64,000 bases of DNA from Gekko japonicus. Lineage: Eukaryota. Below, piece by piece: positions 49,925 to 62,830 of the stretch (the first letter of the stretch is position 1; every line of letters begins with the position of its first letter). A program made the position numbers and the translations under genes. Location: positions 20,924 to 84,923 of the forward strand of contig NW_015173130.1 of the NCBI RefSeq assembly GCF_001447785.1, read 5' to 3'. Below the pieces are notes generated by a model. The model was not told where the DNA came from, ran no database searches, and saw nothing but the letters and a program-made list of their open reading frames with translations.

Positions 49925-51500
49925 CTTCCGGTTCACGAAGCAGCGATGGCGGACGTTCTCCCTGAGCAGCAGGAGGGCGAATCACACACCAGCAGCCTGG
50001 AGGGGTGCCACTTCAAGTGACACCCCCGCGGAGCGTTTGCGATAGGCTCCAGGCCAGAGGGCTTTGAGGGGTAGCCGATGGCATAATGCCGGAGAATTGA
50101 AGCTCCCCTCTGCCCTGATGGTCCAGTCACTGTGTGGCCTTCAGGCACAAGCTGGTTTGACTGGAACAAGCGCTGGAGATCGAGCGGAAGATCATTAAAA
50201 TGCAGCGTGGTCAGAGAATCTGACCGACAATGAACGTGAGTTCTGAATAAAACAGACTTTTTAAAAGCGGATTCCCCCCCCCCCCAGTGCGGGAAGAAGC
50301 AGATGCAAAGAGGGGCGCCTTTTATGCAAATAACCGATAAACGACGCGAAGGGGGAAAAGAGGGGAGGAAAGTAGCGTGTGTGTTGTGAGAGACTTACTT
50401 GATTTTTGACATTGTGAGCAAGTTTCTCGAGTCGGGAGAAAGTGGTGGGAAGTGTAAACAAATCGGAAAAATGGCGGCCCAGCATGCAAAGTTAAAAACG
50501 AAACCGCCAGGCAGTTAGAGTCCCAAACCGGAAGAGGGTGCAGACGTCATCAAATTACTAGCAGATATGCTCAAGCCGGTGATGGAACAACTCGATGGTA
50601 TTAACCAGCAACTGACTGTGATGAACAAGAACTTTGCATCTCAACAGCTCCAGCTGAATGAAACGGAAAAGAAAGTGGAGTAGGCTAATGAGAAAATTTA
50701 AGGGATGGACACCACAAATAAGAAGTTGAAGAAAAGACTGGGACAGGTGGAAACAAAGCAAAATCTTCAAGAAAACCGTGTGCTGCAACTACAGATGGAA
50801 AAAGCCACTATGATTCTCAGGTTCCAGGGAGTTCCTGAAGCAGCGAAAGAGGACCTGAGGAGGTTGCTTAGCGAGATCATCGCTCCAGTGATAGGCTCTA
50901 CAGCGGATGAATTAGTAAAAGATATGGAGGTGGCCTATAGGGCATACTCCAATTATATTTTAAAAAATAGCCTACCTGGAGAAATTGTGGTCAGATTCTC
51001 AAGAAGAAAGACTAGAGATGCTATTTTAAAAGCAACATCAGCAACTCCACTGAAAATGGGAAATGTAATTATCAAGACGTTAAAAGACATTCCATTTGAA
51101 ATCCGGCAAAAGAGGAAAAATTACAAAGATTTGATTGCTTTTCTTCAAACTAATGGAATAATATACAGGTGGGCGATCCCGGAAGGTGTCATTTTTAAGA
51201 TCAATGATAAAAGAAAAGAAGATAGACTCCATTTTCAAGGCTAAAGAGTTTTTGCAGCATCAGCTTGGAACAGAGGAAGAGTCTGAGGAGGAAGAAACGA
51301 AATCCAGTGACTCTGCTACTTCTGGAACGGAAGAAGACTCTGCTACAGAAACGGGTGCTGGACCTGCCAAAGTTGTCTACGATTTTAGGGACAGAAAGCC
51401 GAAGTAAAGGCAGAAGGACTTGGAAATTGGCCTTTTGAAACGAAGAACACGAAGATGATCAGAAAGTTCTCTCATAACAACTAACATAGTAACATATAAA
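49923..51500 (+). mobile_element. L1-clade element: CpG-rich 5'UTR plus disrupted ORF1 (~50471-51407), no ORF2
   Basis: gacttccgg...gatggcgg start; coiled coil, then LRFQGVPE...E.L, YRA, PGEIVVRF..RKTRDAILK, KDIP, YRW..PEG; in-frame stops and a frameshift. Confidence 0.8.
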
Positions 51501-53008
51501 CATGGAAGATGGGCAGGAACTCTACAAGTATATTGTGATACTAACACTTGTGTTTCACCACAGAAGGCAACCAAGCTTGGTTCAGACAAAGGAAGGAAAC
51601 CCTTCACAGGCCTTTGTGAGGAACTCACTGTGGCCAGTCCTGACTAGGGTTGCGAGCTCCAAGTAGGGAGATTCCTGGAGATTTTCTCGTAGAGTCTATG
51701 GAAGCCCGGGTTTGGGGAGGGGAAAGGCCTCAGCTGAACAGAATGCCATAAAGCCCACCTTCCAAAGCAGTTATTTTCTCCAGGGGGGAGAGATCTGTTG
51801 CATGGAGTTCAGTTGTGATACCTGATCTTCAGGCTCCACCTGGAGGTTGGCTACCCTAGGTGTAGCAGTCAGGGCTTCAGAGCAGGGTCTGCTAGATCCA
51901 GGTTCTTGCTGTAGAAGCTGAGTGGGTGATTTTGGACCAGTCACAGACTTTCAGCCTAACCTACCTCACAGGGTTGTTGTGCAAGTCAAAAGGGGGAGAA
52001 GAGAATGATGTAAGCTGCTCTGGTCCCCATTGCAGAGAAAGACTACTTTTCCTCCTGGGGAACCATTGTTGCCAATCTCCAGGTGAGGGGTGGAGATCAT
52101 TCAGCATTACAACTGATCTCCAGGAGGGAGGGCAGAAGTCAGCTGCCGTCAGAGGGGCAGATAAGAGTAGGTTGATGGTTAGCTGGGAAGGGGATGGGAT
52201 TGCCAACTCCAGGTTGGGAAATTCCTGGGGATTTCAGAGGTGGAGCCTGGAGAGGGTGGGGTTTGAGGAGGTTGCCACAGCAAATTGATGCTGAGTGCCC
52301 AAGGCCTTGACACTCTCCCAGAGCCTCTTTCTAGAGCTTGTTCTATTTATTTCCGTAACGAGCCTTATGCCTAGTAAATATATAAGATCCAAAGAATACA
52401 TGATTTTGCAATCCTGTTCTGGATCATATATTAATCCACTATTTGAACACGAAACAATCAAAATACTGTTAAGGATTTTTAAAAAAATTCTAAGGCCACA
52501 GAAAAGGCTTAACTGTGTAGACACTTAAAATAGGTATATATTATGAACACTGAATACACTGAATTAGACCCCTGGTCCATCAAAGTCAGTATTGTCTGCT
52601 CAGATTACATGCAACTCTCCAGGATCTCAGGCTGAGGTCTTTCACATCACCTACTGCCTGGTCCTTTTATCTGGAGATGTTGGGGACTGAACCTGGGCCC
52701 TTCTGCATACAAGCAGATGCTCTACCACTAAGCCACAGCCCCTTCATTGCAGAAAGAGATTTGATATACATTGTATATTTTATAACATTCTTGAACAGCA
52801 GCATTTCAAGACTTGATTTTTACTGTATCTAGTAATTCCCTTGGCCACTCCTCCAAATTCACAAACATTTTGGCCCAACAAATGTGACTCTCAGCATAAA
52901 TGACCTCGAGTACATTGCTGGATGCTGGCAGAGCTGAGAAAAGTTGATTTGATTTACTCAAGATAGATTTCTCCCCCTTTCTTTCAATGGCCCTGCTGTC
53001 TCAGAACT

Positions 53009-53275
53009 GCCAGTTTGGTATAGTGGTGAAGTGCGCAGACTCTAATCTGGGAGAACGAGGTTTGATTCCCCACTCCTCCACATGTACCTGCTGGATGACC
53101 TTGGGCAAGCCATAGTCTGGCACAGCTGTTCTTGAAAAGAGCAGTTTGTGTCAGAGCTCTCTCAGCCCCACCCACCTCACAGGGTGTCTGTTGTGGGAGG
53201 GGGAAGGGAAAGGAGTGTGTAAGCCGCTCTGAGACTCATTTGGGTAGTGGGGTATAAATCCAATCTCTTCTTCTT
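53009..53275 (+). mobile_element. tRNA-derived SINE (Squam3-like)
   Basis: Closely similar to the 49568 copy. Confidence 0.85.
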
Positions 53276-54885
53276 TTTCTCTTTTGCTGACTTCTCTTTT
53301 GGCATTAGAGATTCTTCTGGCTTGTGGATGCTCACTCAAACCAAACCAAGCAGTGCTAAATTTTAATTCATGCATTTAATGGTGTTTTTAATTGTGTGAT
53401 GTTTATATTTTCAAAGCTGCCTTGGGCATTGTGGAAAGGAGGAATAGAAATATTGTAAATAAATAACTCATTATGAATTTAGGCAGATCGTGAGAGGGAG
53501 GGCATGAACAGATGAGCTCAGCTCTTGTAGCCATTTCTTATATGCCCAGGGTAATGACAATTGCCACTTTGGAGTCAGGAAAGAATTTTCCTCCAGGTCA
53601 GATTGTCCCAGGGATCATGGAGGTTTTTTTTTTTTGCCTTCCTCTGGGCATAGAGCAGAGGTCACTGGAGGAGAGATAGCTGTAAATCTCCTGCATCATG
53701 CAGGGGGTTGGACTAGATGACCATTGGGATCCCTTCCAGCTCCATGTTTCTATGTTAAATAAACAAGCAAACCTACTGCTTTTGCAGTGTGGAGGCAGAT
53801 GGTAATGAGTCTAGGTTAAGTCCTAGAGCAATGCAACCTGCAGATAAGCCTGAGAAGCTAGCAGAATTGGGCCTTTGGGGACACATGACAAACATTCCAA
53901 AGTGAAAGAGAGCCAGTGTGGCATAGTGGTTAGAATGTGGGACTTGCACTAAGAGACCCAGGTTCAGTCTCCTTTCAACTATGAGACTTGCTGGATGACC
54001 CCTGGCAAGTCACCTTCTTAGCCTAATGGACCTTAAAGGATTGGGGCAGGGGACCATGGAAAGGGTGAGATAAAGAAACAAACCCTGAAGTAAAACAAAC
54101 CCTGTGAAAACATCCTATGTTCCAAAGCAGAACATGCCCTTTTTAAGCACATCTAGTGCCCTTTGCTACAAGCTTTGCAGCTTGATGGGTAAAATACCAG
54201 CAACAGAATTCAATTGACACCCAAATAACATCGTCACTCTCGAAAATAAGGGCAGACACCTTCTTTCTCAAAAGCTTAACAGAAAGTACAGGGTCACAGC
54301 TTCCCCCCTCACTATCGATCATTCACACCTCTACACAAATGCTATATTCTGCAGGTAATAACTGCAATATTCCCAACGCCTCCATTTGCTCATACATATG
54401 AATCTACTTAAATACTTAAATCTACTTAAATAGGCTTCCATAGACAACCAAGCTACAGAAGCTAAGGGGGAGGAGGAAGAAGGTCAAGCAAGAAGTCTAC
54501 CCAGAGAGTTCACATGCTGCAGACAGTACAAGCCAATTAATTCCTAGAGGGTTTCTCTACCACAGCCGGAATGGTTCCTTTTGCCAAAAATAGCTTAATT
54601 AAGCTTTCTCAGGGTTACAACTTTTTCCCCGTTAAAAAAGGTCTCATGATTTTTCTAGATGAGCACACATTTTATCTTGGACAGGGCAGAGGAGACAATG
54701 AGATCCAAGAAGATTAACAAGGACGAAGAAAGGTATTTGCCTGGGTCAGATACGAGGGGTATATGCACAACTTCAAGTGGCTGCCTGAAATCAAAGATTG
54801 GGCAAGAGGACACTGCTGTCCTCCAAGAGGGTTTTAGCCACCCACCACATATAGTACAGATGCACAGGACTAAAAAAAAAAAAGT

Positions 54886-55053
54886 CACCCCTAAGCTAAG
54901 CAGGGTCAGCCTTGGATGGGTGACCAAGGAAGTCCAGGGTCGCTACATAGAGGCACACAATGACAACCCGATACTGAACATCTCTCGCCTTGAAAACCAC
55001 ACTAATGGTCGCCATTAGTTGGCTCCAAATTTAGGGCATTTTCCACCACCACC
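54886..55053 (+). mobile_element. 5S-derived SINE, partial
   Basis: aagctaagcagggtcagccttggatggg...ccaccaccac tail. Confidence 0.7.
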
Positions 55054-55746
55054 ATCCACTTTATAAAGATTCAGACCAGCAACCTATCTAGGTCGTTATT
55101 ACTCAGAACTCGCCAGCATCTCAAACAGAGCCCACTGTAAGTCCTGCTGCCTGAGATTTTCTAACAGGAGACAGCAAGAAGAGCCTTATACATGCAAATC
55201 ACGTGCTCTACCACTGCCTATATCTCCTCCAGCTAACCCACTTGTAGATCAACTGAGACTTCCACTTGGGGGAATCAGATCTGCACAGGGACAGAAAGCA
55301 CTGAATAGCAGGCAGCTAACAAACTAGTTACACATCACACACTAAAGCTCGTGCTAGGGTTGCCATACCCCAGTTGGGGGCAGGGGATCCCCTGGTTTTG
55401 TGGGCTCCTGCCCAACACCAGCCAACTGGCCGGAGGAAGGAAATCCCCCCCAAAAAAGTGACATTGCCCCTGAAGTCACCAATGTGCCTACGCCACTTCT
55501 GGGTGATATAGGCACATCATGCGACAACGCTTCCAGCTCCCGGAACATCCCCCACTGGATTTCCGATAGACCTGGCAAACCGTAGCTAGTGCCCACAATA
55601 TTTTCTTTAAAAGCCACAAAGCATTCTTTTTAAAAAAGGCAAACTTTTGAAGACGAGCAGGGCAAGGAGGAGGAGGAGGAGCCACTTTAAGGGCCAGTGT
55701 GGAGCACAGAAAGAGTGAACACTTGCGCTAACGCTCTCCACCCATA

Positions 55747-56090
55747 AAGGTAAAGGTTCCCTTGCTTGAAAGCCAGTCGAATCCGACTCTAGGGTTGTGG
55801 TGCTCATCTCCATTTCAAAGCGGAAGAGCCAGCGCTTTCCGAAGACATTTTCGTGGTCATGTGGCCAGCATGACTAAACACCAAGGCGCACGGAACGCAG
55901 TTACCTTCCCACTAAAGTGGTACCTATTTATCTACTTGCAATTTCTTGCTTTTGAACTGGTAAGTTGGCTGGAGCTGGAACTAGAGACGGGAGCTCACTC
56001 CGTCATGCGGCACACTCGGGTCTCGAACTGCTGAACTACCGACCTTCCACAGCCTGCAGTTCAGCGTCTTAACCACTTGAGCCACCGCAG
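55747..56090 (-). mobile_element. Sauria SINE, full length, near-identical to the 37992 copy
   Basis: TSD ctccacccata; (ACCTTT)n tail. Confidence 0.9.
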
Positions 56091-56736
56091 CTCCACCCAT
56101 AGCCATGTACACTTTAAAGGACATAGCACTGTTTAGCGGCATTGTAGCTTGTTTAGTGGCAGATAAACACACGTCCGTGCATGGGTTTATATAATATGGG
56201 GAGTGATAAAGACATACAGAGGATGACACTGTTAACCGGTACCTGGAGGAAGAAGGACTGTTGTCATTAAGATGGCTGCTGAGCTGTTGCTGTGAGGGCC
56301 TCTAGGCCCAAGGTGTATAAAATGTAAATAAACCTGTTGAATTCTTTCACAAGTGGCTGAGATCTGTTCTGCTGGGGAATCTGGAGGTTCTTCCTAAATT
56401 CCCATTATAACATGGAGAAGCATACACGCATAAAATTTAGACACTAAAATCAGGGCTGCCAACAGGCCTGGAGTTAAATGTCCCAGCCCTTTAATAGAGG
56501 AGTAATGGGACGTTATTCACCACAATGCCATGAAAAGCTTCAACTGCTCATTTCCACACACTGAGCCTCTATTAAAGGGACAAGACATTTTTTTTGTCTC
56601 CAGGTCTGCTGGCAATCCTCACTGAAAATCAAGTGTACTTTAAATATTAATATTTAAATATTCATGAAGACACTCTCATCTTATGTCTTACAAGACCAAT
56701 TAATGTGTTTGGGTTGTGTTTTTTTTAGAAACTTAC

Positions 56737-56751
56737 CGACTCTGTTTATTC
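56737..56751 (-). CDS. KIAA1549: Candidate 15-nt KIAA1549 microexon (adds INRVG, giving KTG-INRVG-PPQ)
   Basis: cttttcccctgatgctgctag|GAATAAACAGAGTCG|gtaagt; phase 1-1, no stop, frame preserved. Confidence 0.55.
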
Positions 56752-57676
56752 CTAGCAGCATCAGGGGAAAAGATAACAGCACAGTTATCATTTAGCATGC
56801 TATAGGTGAAGAGTCAGATGCTACTGAAGCGAACTCTGTTATATCAGGGTTTTCTACTGTTCAGTAGTAGAAACCAAATGTTCTTGAAAAAGGGCCTATT
56901 ACAGGCCCCCGGAGAACTTATCACTTAAGAGTGAATTCAGGGATTCACATGCTTCTGTGCTTGAACGTTTCAAACCCAGCTTACACTTTTTCGGTATACA
57001 AGGAATTTTTAACTTGAGGGCACATTTAAATTTGAATCTGCATTGTGAAGTGGTACAGCCTGGGGAGGAACTGTACCATATCCCCCCCCCCAATCAACTA
57101 TGAGTACTGTTGTGTGTTTATACAGAACTCATGAGAGTAGCATCACGATTGCCTCATTGACTCAGACATTAACTAAGGCTCAGGCTTAACACCTGCATTT
57201 TAACATTTGCCAAATTAAAGAGCAAGTCTCATTATAAAGTCTTTGAACCCCCAAACGAACAGCACAATGAACATAGTAGCGCTTTAAATAAACGTACCAC
57301 CCCTCATTTAATTCTTTACACAAGTTGGTGTGCATTTTAAAACAAGAGCATATAAATGTGTCTCACAAGAACTAGTTGGCAGCTTTCCTGTTAGCACACG
57401 AAACGTTCACAGAGGGATGAGAGACTGGATAACTCCTGACATACTTATTTTCATTTCAAAACATTCACATATGACTTTCTGACTGCAGCTGCAATGCTGG
57501 AGGAGGGAATGTTTAACCTCTTATCCTCCTGGGTGCCTTTTCAGATCAAAATCCCCCTCCCATTACCTTCAGGTGACCGAAAATAAATACACTGACAGAC
57601 CCAAACACTATTCTCCCATATAGTGTGTCGTTCAGCCCTATAATGCAAACAGGGCAGCGAGGGGGGGGAGGCATAC

Positions 57677-57801
57677 CAGTCTTGCCACCTCTGTGGGGTT
57701 TGGCCTCACTGACTGCATTCTGCGGCCTGGTAGATTCTTCTCCTGTTTCGCGTCCACTAGACTGGTCACTTGCAGTGGAGTCAGCATCAGAGGGGGTAAC
57801 T
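57677..57801 (-). CDS. KIAA1549: KIAA1549 internal exon (RVTPSDADSTASDQSSGRE...RGGKTG)
   Basis: Homologous to human VSPSDADSTVSEESS; acceptor cgtacag, donor G|gtatgc; 125 nt, phase 2-1. Confidence 0.92.
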
Positions 57802-58876
57802 CTGTACGTACGAAAAGCCAAAGCATTTTTTTTTAAAGGTGGTATAATGCTGTATACAAGGAAGCGTAAAATACCAAGAGAACAAGCATGCACATCTTTC
57901 CCATTTCGCTTTGAACAGATTATTGGAGTTGCTTCACTCTGCCTTCTGCTGCAGTCAGCAACATGCAGATTTCATCAAATAAAGCTGATTGTCAGTGAAC
58001 AGGACAGATAAAAGAAAGCATTCCCTGAAACAATATATAATTGCGGAACTTGCTGCAACAGGATCCCAGAATTAGGCACATTCACTGGGGTTAGGTCTGC
58101 TAACAGCAATTAGCCATGACAGCTATGTGGAATCTACATTTCAGATGTATTCTATTGTCAGATTACCAAATAGTGGGAACACATAGCAGCTGGCCACTAC
58201 TACTTCCTTCAAAAAAATACTGCAAGAAACATTTCTGGCATTAGCACATTAGCATTAAGCAAAGTACGGCAGTTCAAGTATGAAATAATACATTTATATG
58301 GACTAGAATATAAAAATGGCCCAGGAGAAAATTGAAAGGCCCCAGTGATGCTAACAGCCCTGCAGGGACAACTCAGCTTGCCGCTGTGCCACAGCAACCG
58401 CAATGATGGGTGCCAGTGAGGGCACAGGTGGAAGCCTATTGCTGCTGGTCGGGTACTAAGCTGAGTGACCTGCACTGCTGCCAACACCACTGGGTGTCAG
58501 CCCAACTTGGTCCAGGATAGGAGTGATACTCAAGAGCAGTGGCTTTCCTAGGAAGCTAACAGGCCAACCTGCCTCTGCAGGAAACACCGGAAAATTTAGT
58601 CACACAAATAAATCACATTAGGATCCACACTATGCAGGCAGATCCCAACTCATCCCTAGCTTCTTAACTTTAAAAAAATCTGCACAATTAAAAAGCAGCC
58701 TGGAAAAAAACCCAAGAATGAACAAGCCACAAATCCTTTCAGACGAATGCAAAAAGCAAGTTCCTGAGCGGAAGCTGTTCCGATGGAGGGGGAGGGAAGC
58801 TTAGCTGAGCAAAATAATCCTCCACAGCCAATTAACTTTAATCTGTGCCTAGCAATTTCTTGTCCACTGAACTGAC

Positions 58877-59079
58877 CTCCCTCTGTGTCGGACATTCTTG
58901 GATGGCTTTGAAGAGATCTTGGTCTTGGGGCTTGGCAGGTCACCGTTTTCAGAAGGGGTGGTGTCCTTAATTGGTCCCGGAAGAGGAGTCGGCTCGTGTA
59001 TGATCAGGATGTCGTCTTTGTTGTGCTGGCCTAAATGCTGCTTTGCAAAATCAAAGCCCTTCACACTGGGGGCTTGCAA
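58877..59079 (-). CDS. KIAA1549: KIAA1549 internal exon (LQAPSVKGFDFAKQHLGQHNKDDILIIHEP...KNVRHRGR)
   Basis: Recognisable KIAA1549 peptide; acceptor ttcccccattgcag, donor AG|gtcagt; 203 nt, phase 0-2. Upstream exons lie beyond the window. Confidence 0.95.
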
Positions 59080-60283
59080 CTGCAATGGGGGAAAAAGGAA
59101 AAGAAACAAAGCAGTGCTACCATGTGCTGACATCAAAACTGTCATCAAAAGTATAAGCGGCAAGGCTTGGACTGGTGAATCCAAAGGTGTAAAGTATGAC
59201 ACAGCAGTGTGGAAATAGAACAAATGTGCATGAACTGCTGGAAAATCATTTCCATGATATTGTGGACGCGATCAGAAGTCTTCTGACATACCTATGGTTA
59301 CATTCAGTCTGTACTTCTGCTGCACAAACTTAATCACACATTATGAATTCTGTCCTTTAAGGAGGTCCTGCATTGCCCAGAACAAATTGTAGAAATGGAA
59401 GTACAGAAAAGGGATGCAGAAATGCATAATGTGCCTGGTATTCCCCTGAGCACATCCCACAGAAGACAATGTACCTTACAGTACAAACGGTGGAGAGAAG
59501 GCAACTAAAACGAGGCACCACAGAAAGGCCTATGGGAAGGAGCTACTCATCCCGTGACTTTGCATGCTAGTTGTGGACTGCAATCCTAAATAAAACAAAA
59601 ACCCACTTTCATGGGAGTAAGCCCTAATGAATAAAACTCAACTTCTGAGTAGATCCACTTAGGACTGCTCTCTTAGAGGCCAACTTGTTCTTATAACCAA
59701 GATGCTCAGCAAGACAAATCAAGAACACGAATACATAGAATCTGCACAAATCTAATCATTATAAAGAACAATAACATAAACATCTATACGGCACCATCAA
59801 CATGAACAGCATTTCACAGAGTAACAATGAACAGACCAGGCCGCAGTGAGGCCTGTACAAACTAACACTCAACAGAAGAAAGAGTTGTGCCAGAGGCTTG
59901 ACTGAAAACATGGGTTTCGAGAAGGAATTCAATGAGACAATGTGTGAATTACATAAGCGCTCCTGAAGTAAGAAAGCGTGGAATTGTCTAAGGGAACAGA
60001 ACTTTGGTGAGCTGAAGCAGAAAATGTCACAGTAATTTAAATGTACTATGATATTATTTATGGAAAATGGCAGCTATTCCCTAATCTCCATTCAAACAAG
60101 GTTAAGAACATTTAGTTTTATGAGCAGAACTGTTGTTAGTGGTAAATATGATATCATCACCCAAGGATGGTACCATTGCACCTGGCTGCAGAAGGCTGCA
60201 ATCTCTCTCTGGACCAGCAGAGGGAGATAAGAGTCCTATTCTTTAATTCAGAGGAAAAGGTCTACCTCTCTTTGATAGACAGA

Positions 60284-60900
60284 GAGGAATTTCAGACAGA
60301 CGATATAACCCAAACGGTTCCCAAACAGTTTCTGGTTTGTCCTTTCAGACAGAACTGTTTTAGAACTGGTTCCCTACCGGAATATATTTGTAATTTCACA
60401 CACAAACGCTTCTGTCCCGTTTAGGAAATAGGGCTGAAGCGTTTTACCTGTCAACCGCTTCCAAGTAGTCTTCAGTTTCCTCTCCCAGTTCTGATGCGCT
60501 TTTTCCTGCCATTTTTCGCCCGCATGGGCGATTTCTGGCTTTTTTTTTGGGGGGGGGAACATTCGCTTTAGAGCGCTATAGTGCTATAACGAAACAGCAT
60601 ACATCAACCCCATTGGAATGCCCGAAACAGCATTATATCAACCCCATTGGAATGTCTAGAGTGTTGTGTTATAGCACTATGGCACTATAGCGCTCTAAAG
60701 CGAACATTAAAAAAAAAGCTGGAGATTGCCCGCGTGGGCGAAAAACAGCGGGGGGAAAGTGGGAAAAAGTGGTGCAGTCTGAAATGGCAAACTGCTTCAG
60801 ATCCAGCCCTTTACCGGAAGGGCCACCCAATACCGGTTTACTCCACGACGGATCAAAAACGGCTTCAAAACAGGTTAAAATGGGTAATGTGAAATTCCTC
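60284..60900. mobile_element. Palindromic non-autonomous DNA transposon
   Basis: TIR gaggaatttca / tgaaattcctc; internal inverted repeat 60513-60745 with a duplicated catcaaccccattggaatg. Confidence 0.7.
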
Positions 60901-61039
60901 AGTGTCAACCGCTCAAGCAAACAGTTGCGACCAACAATTCCTTTCCACTAACCATAAGGCAGAACGAGTCCTTCTGTGAACTGAAAGTTTTCTTCCATAG
61001 GAGGAAGACTTCCCACTTAGTGGAAGGAAGCCAGTGGAC

Positions 61040-61600
61040 CCAACCCATCATCACCCACTTTTCTTCCCCTAACCTGGCCATGTCACCTTCAAAACGTTTG
61101 GGTTTATAAAGCCCCATCTCGCTCATGTTGGCTGAATAAAGTTTGGGATCAATTGATAATGGAAAAAATAACAGACCGTCTCCGTCATTCAGAACTCTAT
61201 CCTAAGCAGTCTACTTTTGCGGAAAAATGGCTACCTTTCATGGAATATTTATTCGCCTCAGATCTGCAGCCACACAATCACATATATCTGAACATACTAA
61301 GCCAATAACTGGTTTCATTTCAGTGCACACACAATGCCTAGATATATTAAAGTGCAAATTCCAAATTGGTTCTGCATGAATATGAGAAACTCTTGCCCAC
61401 TATAATCTAGCTACCGAATCTAGTTAAATATTCCACGCGACTGTTGTTCTGCTCGCTGAACTTGCTATCTTGTTAATATGTAATAACACTAGTTTTTTAT
61501 TATTAAGACAACTCTATTGGTAATCATATATGACACTTTGATTGTAATGTTACTGAAATCTGTTTATTGTAAAAAAACCAATAAAAAGAATTTTAAAAAA
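61040..61600 (+). mobile_element. L1 3' end fragment
   Basis: F.EKWLPFMEY ORF2 terminus; aataaaaagaattttaaaaaa tail. Confidence 0.65.
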
Positions 61601-61827
61601 TGTTTGGGTTTCCACATTCTCTCTCATACAATTTCCTGCTTTGATTCCAGCAGCGTCCTTTTCTCTGAGCAGTCTTGACAAAGAAACCCATTTTCTTTCT
61701 CAGACTAAATACATTCATCTACATGAAGCCACTGGAAGAGGTCACCAGAGGGTTTGGGCAGCAGTGCCACCAATATGCAGGATTCCCAGCAGCTTGACCT
61801 TTCTTTTCCACCTAATTCCAGCGACGC

Positions 61828-62156
61828 TGTTGATGTTCTAAACCGATACTTGGAGTCTGTTAGATACGAGACTCGAGGCAGCAGGTAAACAGTGATAACA
61901 GCTTTATTGAACACGAAGTCAGAAGAACCAGAACGAGACAAACAATGGAGCAACAGGCTTCCTTTTTAAACAGTCCGGGCTTGGCAAGCCACGCCCACAT
62001 GTCAGATAAGATCCAATCAGAAACTGTACATAAAGACCAATCACTTTGCTTCCCTCCAGAACTTCCCTTGTTCTGATAGGTCGGTTTACAATACCTTGCT
62101 AGACTCAAGCTCATACATTCATACATTCTGTTCCATACATAACAGAGTCAATAACA
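61828..62156 (-). mobile_element. Solo LTR (Gypsy-like)
   Basis: TGTTGATG...CAATAACA termini; AATAAA on -; CCAAT boxes; no clean TSD. Confidence 0.6.
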
Positions 62157-62162
62157 GGCAGG

Positions 62163-62830
62163 ATGAAGGTGAACAAGGAGAAACTAAATCCTACAAGACA
62201 GGTAATCTTGGTTAATAGAAAGACAGACCAGGGACCAGAGATCTCCCCTGTCCTGGCTGGGGTTATACTCCCCTTGAAAAGCCAGGTTTGCAGCTTCAGA
62301 GTGCTGCTCAACATAGTAGCCACCTTAGAAAATCAGCTGGCTGCTGTGGTTCAGGGTACCTTCTCCCAGCTTTGGCTATTGTGCCAACTGCGCCCATTCC
62401 CAGGTCTGTCTGATCCGGCCACAGTGATCCGTGTCTTAGTTAAATCTAGACTAGACTCCTGCAATGTGGTCTACATGGGGCTACACTTGGAGGGTGTTCA
62501 GAGGCTGCAGCTACTGCAAAATGCTGAGGACAGACTGCTGGTTGGGGCTAGCTATCGCGAGCATGTCACCCCAATCTTACAGCAATTACACTGCCTTCTG
62601 ATCTGCTCCCGCGCTCAATTCAGGGTGTTGGTCTTCTTGACATTTAAAGCCCTACAAGGCTTGGGACCAGTGTATCTGAAGGACCATCTTTTCCCCTTCA
62701 TTCCTGCCTTGAAACTAAGATCACAGGGAAGAGACCCTCTTAACTGTCCCATCAACCAAATAAGCTTGTCTGGTGGGTAAACGAGAGGGCCGTTTCCATG
62801 GCAGCACCATGATTATGGAACAACCTCCCC
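62163..62830 (+). mobile_element. L2 LINE ORF2 C-terminal fragment
   Basis: SRLDSCNVVYMGL...LQLLQNA..RL...EHVTPILQQLH.L....R.QFR.L..TFKAL. Confidence 0.88.

Noticed and set aside
50705-51407. Domesticated L1TD1-like gene
   Set aside because: In-frame stops upstream and a frameshift near 51220; attached to an L1 5'UTR
60590-60660. Short spaced direct repeats resembling CRISPR (also 5155-5218, 12666-12780, 18428-18475)
   Set aside because: Only 2-3 copies in eukaryotic DNA; local slippage duplications
62163-62780. 205-aa ORF as a host gene
   Set aside because: L2 ORF2 C-terminal remnant
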